A stretch of 64,000 bases of DNA from a virus. The DNA lies in IMG/VR virus record IMGVR_UViG_3300009000_000003; one strand, given 5' to 3'. The notes under the pieces were generated by a model that made no database searches, was not told where the DNA came from, and saw only the letters and a program-made list of their open reading frames with translations. Below, in pieces: positions 36,919-46,098 of the stretch; the stretch's first letter is position 1, and the number at the start of each line of letters is the position of its first letter. The translations under genes and the position numbers were made by a program.

Positions 36919-39615
36919 ATGTCTAAAATTATCAGATACAATGATTTTATACAGATAAATCCTGATAACAAGATTCTTTCTTTAGATAAAGAAAAGAAAA
37001 TTTTGCTAACAGATAGTTTGCTTTCTTCTGCATATAATACTGGCAAAGGCTTAGTTATCACTTATGATTTGTCTCACTCTGGACGTAGAATAAATAATAG
37101 AATTTATTCTACGAAAGGACAGCAAAGAGGAATTGATTCTCTTACTAGCCCTTATCCAAAACCTATTCTTAAAAATCACGATCAAATGAGTGAGCCTATT
37201 GGTCGCTTCATTGGTGGTGAGTGGCAAAATTTGTATGACGAAGCAAGTAATTTTCTACAATCTTCTCAATCTACATTAGACATTCATAATGCTTTTGCTT
37301 CAGATGAACCTGAAAGAATTTATAAAACATTAAAAAGCTTTGATTTAATTGATAATAAAAATTGGCCTGGACTTGGTAGAATGAGAGTGCAAGCTAATAT
37401 TAATGATGAAGAGTCAATTAAAAAATTCTTAGACGGTAGATACATTACTTTTTCTGCTGGCTCTACAACGGATCGTCACGTTTGTTCAATTTGTGATACA
37501 GATTGGGCTACTGATGGAATGTGTGAACACAAGCACGGGAAAAAATATGACGGAGAAACATGTGTATTCATTACTGGAGACTTCATTGTTTTAGAAGGTT
37601 CAGTAGTTAATACGCCAGCAGATGATCTATCTCAATTAGTTTCAATGGAAATTAAAGATTCAGAAGATACATCTAATATTAAAGATGAACAAATCCCTTA
37701 CGAACTTATTTTAAGCGATTCAATATTTACTATGGAAAAACAAAATGAAGCACAGCGGTTACAAGACTCCGAGCAAATCGACGCCTATGAAAAAGAAACC
37801 AAAAAAGAAGAAGGTTCCAAAAAAGAAGTAGAAAAGAAATATGATCATGAAATGTCTATTTCTGAATCTGCAATGATGGAACTTCATCAAAAAGGTGAAA
37901 CTTATATTACCCAGCGCGGTGATAATGAGACTATGATTATCAAAGTTAAATATTCAGGCTCAATGCGCAAAGATTCAATTGAAGACTTTGAAATCAATGA
38001 AGAAGAACTAGCTTCTTTAATTGAAGAGCTTGAAGATGAAAAAACTTTTAAAGTTCCTGCAGGAGCAAAAGGTAACGCTCAAAAAGTTCTTAAATGGAAA
38101 GCTGAAAAAGGTTCAGAAGTTAAAGGAATGACGCCTGTAGGTTGGGCAAGAGCAAGGCAGCTTGCTACTAAATCTGAGATTGGTCTTTCTACTGTTAAAA
38201 GAATGGCAGCATTTAATCGTCATAGAAAAAATGCAGCAGTAGCTCCAGAGTACAAATCTGAGCCATGGAAAGATCGTGGTTATGTAGCTTGGCTTGGTTG
38301 GGGCGGAACATCTGGTATTGACTGGGCTGTTAAAATTAGCGCTGCCAATGATTCAGAAAATGACTTAGAGATGATAGGTGATTTTGATAAAGATGCTTAT
38401 CGCTCTTCGCCAAAAGGTAAGGGAGCTAAAACTCCTGCAAAACCTTCTGAAAGAATTAAGGGCTCCAAAAAGAATAAAGAAGGTTCAGCTTCAAAAGCTA
38501 ATTCTAAAATTGAAGTTGGATCTGTATTAGAGTCTTTAAAAGAAAAAGTTTCTTCACATAATAAAAAGTATGGAAAAGATAAAGGAAAACGAGTAACTCT
38601 TGGTATGCTAAAAGCAGTATATCGCAGAGGTGCAGGAGCTTTCTCTAGTACTCACAGGCCTGGAATGTCTAGATCTGGGTGGGGTGTTGCAAGAGTAAAT
38701 GCTTTCCTTAAACTTGTTAGAAGTGGTAGCCCATCAAACTCCAAATATAAACAAGACAATGATTTGTTACCTGCAGGTCATCCAAGAAAATCATCAAATA
38801 AAATGAAAAAGGATTTTATTATGGAAAATGAAGAGTTAGAAATTCTGGATACAGAAGTAGATTCTAAAGATGAAGATTTAGAAATCGAAGCTGTAGAGCC
38901 AACTGAAAAGCAACAAGAAGAGCATGACGAAAGTCTCGGAGAAGAAGAAACTTTAGATGCAGAAGATTCTGAAGAGCTTGTTGATTGGGAAATTTTAGAT
39001 CTTGCTTTGCAAAGTATTCTTCGAGGAGAAGATGCGGAACTGTCTACAGAAGCTAGAAATGAATTACCTGATTCAGCTTTCTGTGGCCCCGAAAGATCTT
39101 TTCCAATTCCTGATTGTGCGCACGTAACTGCTGCAAAACGTTTAATTGGTAGATATAAAGGTTCTGATGCAACTAAAGCTAAAATCATGGCTTGCGTTAA
39201 TAAAAAAGCAGAGTCCATGAAATGCGACTCTTCCGAAGATGCAAATTCTTTAAAAGCAGAGCTTGCTGATCTTCAAGAAAAATACAATACATTAGAAGAC
39301 AAATTTAAAGAGCTTCTAGAAATAGTTGTAATTAAAAGTAAAAAAAATAAAGATTCTATTGAAATAGAAGATAATGTTGTTGTAAGTGATAAAAAAGAAA
39401 CAATTCTTGACAAAGAAATTGAAAACCCTTCTAATCATGCAAATGAAGAAGTAATCGAAAATAAAAAGCAAGAAGACTCACTTCCTAGCTTTGAAAGAAA
39501 TGTAGTAAATACTTACAGAACTATCAAAGATAGCGAAGGCGAGTTAGCTGCTAATATTTATTTAAATAGCAAAGCTCAATACTTACCTCGTGGCTTCAAC
39601 CCAGAAAAATTTTAA
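36919..39615 (+). CDS. Prohead protease / scaffold, multidomain
   Basis: NNRIY, PILKNHD, FSAGS..CSIC..CEH, EGSVVNTPAD protease motifs; acidic coiled-coil scaffold-like C-terminus. Confidence 0.82.
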   Translation: MSKIIRYNDFIQINPDNKILSLDKEKKILLTDSLLSSAYNTGKGLVITYDLSHSGRRINNRIYSTKGQQRGIDSLTSPYPKPILKNHDQMSEPIGRFIGGEWQNLYDEASNFLQSSQSTLDIHNAFASDEPERIYKTLKSFDLIDNKNWPGLGRMRVQANINDEESIKKFLDGRYITFSAGSTTDRHVCSICDTDWATDGMCEHKHGKKYDGETCVFITGDFIVLEGSVVNTPADDLSQLVSMEIKDSEDTSNIKDEQIPYELILSDSIFTMEKQNEAQRLQDSEQIDAYEKETKKEEGSKKEVEKKYDHEMSISESAMMELHQKGETYITQRGDNETMIIKVKYSGSMRKDSIEDFEINEEELASLIEELEDEKTFKVPAGAKGNAQKVLKWKAEKGSEVKGMTPVGWARARQLATKSEIGLSTVKRMAAFNRHRKNAAVAPEYKSEPWKDRGYVAWLGWGGTSGIDWAVKISAANDSENDLEMIGDFDKDAYRSSPKGKGAKTPAKPSERIKGSKKNKEGSASKANSKIEVGSVLESLKEKVSSHNKKYGKDKGKRVTLGMLKAVYRRGAGAFSSTHRPGMSRSGWGVARVNAFLKLVRSGSPSNSKYKQDNDLLPAGHPRKSSNKMKKDFIMENEELEILDTEVDSKDEDLEIEAVEPTEKQQEEHDESLGEEETLDAEDSEELVDWEILDLALQSILRGEDAELSTEARNELPDSAFCGPERSFPIPDCAHVTAAKRLIGRYKGSDATKAKIMACVNKKAESMKCDSSEDANSLKAELADLQEKYNTLEDKFKELLEIVVIKSKKNKDSIEIEDNVVVSDKKETILDKEIENPSNHANEEVIENKKQEDSLPSFERNVVNTYRTIKDSEGELAANIYLNSKAQYLPRGFNPEKF

Positions 39616-39640
39616 TCTAACTCTTTTAGGAGAATAAAAT

Positions 39641-40933
39641 ATGGCTATTAGTAGATTCCAAAGCCGTTTTAAAACACGCACTGATCTAATGGATCACATT
39701 ACTCCAAATAACACCGTGCAGATGAACGCTTCTGTTCCTCACGGTGAGTGGGCTCCAGCTAACTGGCTCCCAGTTGTTTGGCAAAACGAAAAAAGCAAAG
39801 ATTACTTTGTTATGTCTGCAGGCAAAGTTGTTTCTTTAGATAGAAGTGGCCGTGTAGTTCCTGCTGGTCTTCTTCGCCGCGCACTAGATGCAAATGCTGC
39901 TGCTGATACAATACTTACTTATACAAGTAATGACGTTGAAGCTAGAGTTGTTGATATCCGCACTGGAGCTTTTGTTGATGCAGCTGCTGTTTTAGATCTT
40001 GAGGCTTTTACAGACGCATTAGTTGCTAACGGCTGGGTTGCTGGTTTTGATGCTAGTAATTTTGGAGACGCTGATCCAGCAATTGACCTTGCTGCTCGCA
40101 AAGCTTGCGTAGAATTCTTTATTTCTGCTCCAGTAGGTATTCTTGCTTACGATGTCTACGTTTGGGCTGGTGACGATCCTGCAAGCTTGCACTTTAGTAA
40201 TTATCAAAAACAACACTTGATTCAGTTCTTTACTGATATTCAGATGAAAGTAGCACACGTTTGTGCTGACGCTTCTGCAGTTGCAGTTGCAGGTTTAACT
40301 CGTGTTGATGGGGCTGCACTTGCAGTTATGCCACGCTATGCTGGTTTGGATATGAGCAATGTAGTTGCTTTCGATCTTGAGCTTGGAAAACTTGCTTCTA
40401 GCGTTAGCCGCACTCCTGTAAGCTTTAGCGCTTTTGCAGGACGCCAACGTAGTGACATTTCACTTCTTGCAAAAGCTGGAGATTGGTATCTTGACGCAGA
40501 TGGAGGAATGATTCTTTTCTTTGAAGATGGTGGAAATGCTGATCCTGTTGGAACTGACGCTGTTGCTCTTGCTGGTACTATTTCAGTATTCCCTTACGAC
40601 GGAGCTGCTTCTGCACAAGAAAGAATGGTTATGATGGTCGGTGATTGCCGCCCTGGTGACTTTGTTTCTTTTGATGAGATGAGTAACTTCAAAGTTGCAA
40701 GCTCTGGTGATCACGATGCACACCTTGTTGTTGGTCGTCTTCTTGCAATGTATAAAGAGCCACGCGGCCTTCTTGAAAGAGTTCGTACTGGTTGGAAGGG
40801 TGACGAGTTTGACGCTACTTCTAAAATGCCTGGTAGCGCAACTGAAGGATTCTCTGATCTTATCACTCTCTCTTCTCATCACGGTGAGAATGTTGCAGAC
40901 GAGATCGCTGTCATTAACGTCAAACTTCAATAA
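39641..40933 (+). CDS. Capsid-associated (decoration/cement-type) structural protein
   Basis: Between the protease and MCP, strong AGGAG RBS, codon bias of a highly expressed gene. Confidence 0.6.
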   Translation: MAISRFQSRFKTRTDLMDHITPNNTVQMNASVPHGEWAPANWLPVVWQNEKSKDYFVMSAGKVVSLDRSGRVVPAGLLRRALDANAAADTILTYTSNDVEARVVDIRTGAFVDAAAVLDLEAFTDALVANGWVAGFDASNFGDADPAIDLAARKACVEFFISAPVGILAYDVYVWAGDDPASLHFSNYQKQHLIQFFTDIQMKVAHVCADASAVAVAGLTRVDGAALAVMPRYAGLDMSNVVAFDLELGKLASSVSRTPVSFSAFAGRQRSDISLLAKAGDWYLDADGGMILFFEDGGNADPVGTDAVALAGTISVFPYDGAASAQERMVMMVGDCRPGDFVSFDEMSNFKVASSGDHDAHLVVGRLLAMYKEPRGLLERVRTGWKGDEFDATSKMPGSATEGFSDLITLSSHHGENVADEIAVINVKLQ

Positions 40934-40958
40934 TAGATAATTTAAAGGAACTTAAAAC

Positions 40959-42293
40959 ATGGCTATTAAATTTACAGACGGAACTGAACTAACACTCCCA
41001 AGTAGCAAGAAAGCTGCTGCTCGTTATATGGCTGACATGATCCGCAACCGCGGTCAACTTCCTGATAGCGAAGAGTCAATCAGCTGGGAGACTTTTGCTA
41101 ATACAATTTCTCCTAAGAACAGAGACGCAATCTCTTCTTCTGAGATTTCACCTCTCCTCCAAGAGTCAATGGAAATCCTCATTCGTGAGCCAGTTGAGCC
41201 ATCAATGACCATTACTCCTCTTTTCACTCGCGTTCAGGCTAAAGGCCTCAACACTCAAATCCTTGCTGGTGCAATGGGTGCTGTTTACGCTGGTGATGTT
41301 CAGGAGTCAGGTACTTACCCTGAGGTTAATTTCCAAATGGGTGGCGCTGTTTCTACTGCTTACATTGGAAAGAGCGGTATTGCAGCTTCTTTCACTGACG
41401 AAGCTCTCCGTTACAGCACCTTTGATATCATGGCTAAAAACCTAGAGCTCATGGGTAACGCTATGGTTCGCCACAAGGAGCAGAAGGCTGTTGCTTTCCT
41501 TAAGCAACTCGGTACTTCTCTTTTTGATAACCTTAACCCCGCGCAGTCTATTTACGGTGTACTTAGCGGTCGTGGTCTTGAAGGTGGGTCACTTGTTGCT
41601 AATGGCTCAATGACTATGGAAAATCTCATGCGTGCTATGGCTCACATGAGCGAAGAGGGTTTCACTCCTGATACCCTTCTTATGCACCCACTCTTTTACT
41701 ACACCTTTGTACAAGATCCAGTTCTCCGCACTATGATGCTCGCTCATGGCGGTGGCTCAATCTTTAATCCTTACAGTGGTAATCCTGGTCCTCTCGACCC
41801 TTACAGCAATGGTGCTCTTGGCGCACGTGGACCTAGCAATGGTACTCGCGTTGTTAATCCTCGCGGCATTGGTAGCTCTGGTACTGGAAGCAGCAGCGAG
41901 TCCGTTACCTCTGTTCTTGAGCGTAACCAGAACATGACTTCTGCTCCTAATCTCCCAAGCTACTTCCCATTCAACTTCCGTATCATTGTATCTCCTCTCT
42001 GCCCATACGATCCAGAGTCAGAGACTGGTGATATCTTCCTTCTTTCAAGTGGTAACGTTGGTTTCCACCTTGTTGACGAGGATGCAACTACTGTTGAGTG
42101 GCGCGACGAGAACACTGAGACTGTTAAAGTTAAAATCCGTGAGCGTTATGGCTTTGCAGTTGCTCACGAGGGTCAAGGCGTTGGCGTCTTCAAGAATGTT
42201 AAGCGTGCAGAGAATCGTTGGGACGGCTCTATTGATGCTGCTCCTAGCGATATTGCTGACCTTGATGAAGCAGACGTAAAAGCTAATCTCTAA
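40959..42293 (+). CDS. Major capsid protein (HK97 fold)
   Basis: ESGTYPE, KSGIAASFTDE, PDTLLMHP, KIRERYG motifs; position; followed by a terminator. Confidence 0.88.
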   Translation: MAIKFTDGTELTLPSSKKAAARYMADMIRNRGQLPDSEESISWETFANTISPKNRDAISSSEISPLLQESMEILIREPVEPSMTITPLFTRVQAKGLNTQILAGAMGAVYAGDVQESGTYPEVNFQMGGAVSTAYIGKSGIAASFTDEALRYSTFDIMAKNLELMGNAMVRHKEQKAVAFLKQLGTSLFDNLNPAQSIYGVLSGRGLEGGSLVANGSMTMENLMRAMAHMSEEGFTPDTLLMHPLFYYTFVQDPVLRTMMLAHGGGSIFNPYSGNPGPLDPYSNGALGARGPSNGTRVVNPRGIGSSGTGSSSESVTSVLERNQNMTSAPNLPSYFPFNFRIIVSPLCPYDPESETGDIFLLSSGNVGFHLVDEDATTVEWRDENTETVKVKIRERYGFAVAHEGQGVGVFKNVKRAENRWDGSIDAAPSDIADLDEADVKANL

Positions 42294-42323
42294 TACTACT
42301 TTACTCTAGTAAAGAGATTTAGT

Positions 42324-42354
42324 AAAAAGGCAAGTAGAAATACTTGCCTTTTTT
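42324..42354 (+). terminator. Rho-independent terminator after the MCP gene
   Basis: aaaaaggcaagta-gaaa-tacttgcc-tttttt. Confidence 0.9.
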
Positions 42355-42514
42355 ATTAGGAGCTTTTTAATGGGTGTTTTCAAAACAGAAAAAACTGATA
42401 TTGAATTATATATAGAAGAGAAGTTTTCTGAAGAAGAAGAAATTTTATATAATTTTGATGTAGAAATAGAAGAAGATAATTTTATTGAAGTTAAAATAGA
42501 AACAGGAGAGGCAA

Positions 42515-43702
42515 ATGGCGATAACATTCAAACCGGAGAACAGTTACCCCCAAAACCAAGAGGATGGATTTCCAGTCGGGCAGAGTTTTTATTTAATATT
42601 CTCGAACGCAGTAGATTTGAAAAAGTTCAAAGAGTGTTGCGTTTTATTCGGAAGAGACTTTGATAGAAGCTATGGCCCTGACAATTCTTTATGGTTGAAC
42701 ACTAGCGATGCAACTAATCCTTTTTTCTTACGTTCTCCTGGTTTTGGTGGTTTTATTGATTATGATATTGAAGGATATTTAATTGATGACTATGAGTTAA
42801 AAAATGTTTTAGAAGTTCAAACTACAATTGAAAAAGTAGCAGAGCAAAAAACTTTAATAAAAATTACTCCTAAAATAATATTGCCTGAAAATAATAAATT
42901 TTATCTTTATATTATTGGAAGCAATGCAGACGAAAGCAATGACTTGCCTGAATTCGTAAAAGGTTACGGAGAAGGTAAAAGTATATCAGTTCGAACTGTA
43001 TATGATGTAATGGGTGACAATAATGAAGTTGATTCGAGAATTCGAAGCTCAGGTTCTTTTGAACCAAAAAATAATGAGTCTTCTAATGTGCTTTATTTTA
43101 AAATTGTAACTGCAGGTGAAGGATCGCAAGCTAAATACATTTGGTGGTTTGATGACGAAAGTGAACCTGCTCCAGCAGATGACAGGTATAAAGAACGTTT
43201 GTCTCGCTGCGTACAAAGGTGGCGTTTAACAGATAGAGGAGTAATGTTACGTTTCTCTGGTAGTACTTATGAGCTGAATGAATTGTTCAAAGTTTTTTGT
43301 TATGAAGAAGAACTATTAGAGCAGAGTTATTTAATTACATTTCAAACAAGCACAGATTCAGTATATGAGTACCCTGAAAATGTTTCAGCTTCACCCATTG
43401 GTTTAGATAACAATGTCATTCCAGACGTAAACAGCTTTTTACCTTCATCAGAAAATGAATTAAAAGTAATCTCAATTGAACCTTATAATGGGGCAGTTAA
43501 TGTAAATTTAGATTTAAAACAAATAGTAATTACTTTTAATAAAAATTTAAATCCAGAAACAGTAACTCAAGAAAATGTAAAGTTAACTTCATATCCTGTA
43601 AGTGGAAGTTTTGATGGACCAAATGGTACAAGATCAGACAGGGAAAGAATTATTTATAAAATAATTTCTGTAATTGATAATAAGATTATTTTAGAAATTT
43701 AA
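42515..43702 (+). CDS. Ig-like domain virion protein
   Basis: C-terminal VISIEPYNGAVNV...IVITFNKNLNPETV, Big_5-like; GGAGAGG RBS. Confidence 0.7.
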   Translation: MAITFKPENSYPQNQEDGFPVGQSFYLIFSNAVDLKKFKECCVLFGRDFDRSYGPDNSLWLNTSDATNPFFLRSPGFGGFIDYDIEGYLIDDYELKNVLEVQTTIEKVAEQKTLIKITPKIILPENNKFYLYIIGSNADESNDLPEFVKGYGEGKSISVRTVYDVMGDNNEVDSRIRSSGSFEPKNNESSNVLYFKIVTAGEGSQAKYIWWFDDESEPAPADDRYKERLSRCVQRWRLTDRGVMLRFSGSTYELNELFKVFCYEEELLEQSYLITFQTSTDSVYEYPENVSASPIGLDNNVIPDVNSFLPSSENELKVISIEPYNGAVNVNLDLKQIVITFNKNLNPETVTQENVKLTSYPVSGSFDGPNGTRSDRERIIYKIISVIDNKIILEI

Positions 43703-43711
43703 GGAGTTAAA

Positions 43712-44797
43712 ATGAGTTGCTCTAACACAAATAGCAAATATTGTGGTCCTCCTACTAAAATAAAAAGAAAAGGAGATTACAGAAAAAATTGTTACAATTT
43801 AAATGAAAGTTTTAAATTTAAAGTTATATTTAAAGATAACTGTAATAATAATTATGATCCCGATGATTTAAGTATACAGTTAAATTTAACTGCTCCAAAT
43901 GGAGATTTAATCTCTCCAATAGATTATATAAAAGTAGATACAGGGTTTTATTATACTGAATATACTTTCTTGCAAGAAGGAAATTGGAGTGGCTTCTGGA
44001 GCTCTGAAAAAGATGGAATAGCAAGAACAGAGTCTGTTTTCACTTTTACAGTACAAAACAATTTATCTAGTGAAAATATAATAAGTGGATTAACTTTCAA
44101 TAGTTTAATTGTAATAGAGCTTAGTCAAAATATTGAATCAGAGCATGGACATAAAACATTAAAAGAAAATGAATTTTATTCTTTTAGTAGTGAGTATAAT
44201 CCGTTTTATTGTTCTGTTGAAATGTTGCGAATGGAAATGGGTTCTTGGATTGACTTAGTGTCAGATGATACATTAGCGTTAGCTATACATTGGTCTTCTT
44301 TAGAAGCAAATAATATAACTGGAGTACCACCTACTTCAGAAAGATATTTGTTTGCACGTACAAGATTTGTAATGTACGATGCAGCAATTAAATTGTTTAG
44401 TATGCCTGTCGGCATATCTTCTCCAGGTTCAGGTAAATCTAAAACGCTTGGAGATTTAATGATAGATAATGGTTCGTCTTTAGATTTTGCTTTAAAAGAT
44501 TTAGTATCTGAATTAAAAGCAGAAAGAGATGAATGGTGGAGAGTTGTCAATGCAGGGGGCTGCATTGTGCCTGGTCAAGGTTTAGGTCCCTCTTCAGCAG
44601 TTCAAGGGGGAGCCAGATCTGATAAAATGCAAAGATCAAGAGAATGGCACGACCCATGGACTGAATACTATATTCAACCTACTCAAAACTCTCTTTATCG
44701 CAAACCTGGAGAAAAGAAATACAAGCATGGTTACTCAGGTTGGACTGAGTATTACTATGGTCAAAACGTAGTAAACGTAAGGAAAGGTAGAAGATGA
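43712..44797 (+). CDS. Putative head-tail adaptor / neck protein
   Basis: Position; SKTLGDL motif and an N-terminal Ig-like segment. Confidence 0.55.
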   Translation: MSCSNTNSKYCGPPTKIKRKGDYRKNCYNLNESFKFKVIFKDNCNNNYDPDDLSIQLNLTAPNGDLISPIDYIKVDTGFYYTEYTFLQEGNWSGFWSSEKDGIARTESVFTFTVQNNLSSENIISGLTFNSLIVIELSQNIESEHGHKTLKENEFYSFSSEYNPFYCSVEMLRMEMGSWIDLVSDDTLALAIHWSSLEANNITGVPPTSERYLFARTRFVMYDAAIKLFSMPVGISSPGSGKSKTLGDLMIDNGSSLDFALKDLVSELKAERDEWWRVVNAGGCIVPGQGLGPSSAVQGGARSDKMQRSREWHDPWTEYYIQPTQNSLYRKPGEKKYKHGYSGWTEYYYGQNVVNVRKGRR

Positions 44798-45348
44798 TAC
44801 CTCCTAGTCGTAGAAAAACAAAAACAGATTGTGAAATAGATCTTCGTAAAGAATTTGATGATATTGTTTTTGGTATCGGTGGTTGTAAACCACATAATCA
44901 CTTAGTTTTGTTAAGAGTACCAAGGCAAGATTCTACAGGCAATTTGATTAAATGCGATTGTGTATCAGAGCTAACGGATGAACCAGATAATGAAAATGAA
45001 TGTAGATTCTGTTTAGGAGAAAAATACATTTGGGACGAAAGTTTTATTAGAGTTTATTCATCTATAGTTGGTGCTGACGGAGGTAAAGCAAATAGAAATC
45101 GTCGCTTAAGTCCTGGTGAGCTCAGAACAGACTATAAAATCTTTTACCTAAGATATGATCAAAAAATATCTTATAATTATAAAATAATAGAATTAAGTCT
45201 TGATTTAGAAGGAAATTTAGTTGTACCTTACAAAAGAGAAACGATCTATAGACCTGAAACTATTCAAAAATATAGAGCTGATTATGGACGAGTAGAGTAT
45301 ATCGCAGTATATGCTCGAGAAGAATCTTCAATAAGAGAGAATATTTAA
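44794..45348 (+). CDS. Putative head closure / neck protein with Zn-finger
   Basis: CDC...CRFCLG; R.DYGRVEY C-terminus; position. Confidence 0.55.
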   Translation: MIPPSRRKTKTDCEIDLRKEFDDIVFGIGGCKPHNHLVLLRVPRQDSTGNLIKCDCVSELTDEPDNENECRFCLGEKYIWDESFIRVYSSIVGADGGKANRNRRLSPGELRTDYKIFYLRYDQKISYNYKIIELSLDLEGNLVVPYKRETIYRPETIQKYRADYGRVEYIAVYAREESSIRENI

Positions 45349-46068
45349 ATGGCAAGAAATCTAGACGAAGCTGTGGTTATCAATGTAGTTGATTCCAACG
45401 GAGATATCGTTAATGTACTTAACGCTAGAGATTTTGTTATTAACAACCCTTATAATGTTAATATAGATTCTGTATTTTTACCAAATACAAAACCAATGGA
45501 TTTAGATACATTTTTTACCGTATCTAAAATGTTAATCGAAGATGCTCAATTAAGAGAAGGTATTAATGAAGACTCTTTTATTAAATTAATAGAAGAATAC
45601 CCACCAGAAGATATTAATAAATATGGAAACGAAGTAATTACTTGGAAAGTGGTAGAGCGAAAACCAGGTATGATGAATACAAAAGGCACTGGTAGGCCGC
45701 ATAGAAAAGCTACTTATTCGCATCAAGAGCATCGACCAGATTTACCTAATAAAATCATAACAGTTGAATCTAGACCAGTAGACCATGTAATAGAATTTAA
45801 TTGCTGGGCCGTTAATAATAAGTTAGCTAACAAAAGAGCTATTTGGCTTGAAAAATTATTTGTAAATTCTGCTTTTGCTTTCGAAGTAAAAGGAGCTGAA
45901 AGATTTTATTTTAAAGAAAGACTTTCAGATAATTATTTAACTACTAATGGTCAAAGAATTTTTAGCAGACCTTTAAGGTTCTTTTTAAGGTTCCGAGAAT
46001 TTGATGCTAAAGCAGATACAATGATTAGAAATATTTTAGTTGATATCGGTATATTACCAAAAAATTAA
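45349..46068 (+). CDS. Putative tail terminator / completion protein
   Basis: Immediately upstream of the sheath gene; IEFNCWA motif. Confidence 0.55.
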   Translation: MARNLDEAVVINVVDSNGDIVNVLNARDFVINNPYNVNIDSVFLPNTKPMDLDTFFTVSKMLIEDAQLREGINEDSFIKLIEEYPPEDINKYGNEVITWKVVERKPGMMNTKGTGRPHRKATYSHQEHRPDLPNKIITVESRPVDHVIEFNCWAVNNKLANKRAIWLEKLFVNSAFAFEVKGAERFYFKERLSDNYLTTNGQRIFSRPLRFFLRFREFDAKADTMIRNILVDIGILPKN

Positions 46069-46098
46069 ACTTACATTATTTTCTCTTAAGGAGACAAA

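Noticed and set aside
42370-42663. 97-aa ORF after the capsid terminator
   Set aside because: Overlaps the well-supported 42515 gene by about 150 nt; it may be a real short acidic gene, but I cannot support it
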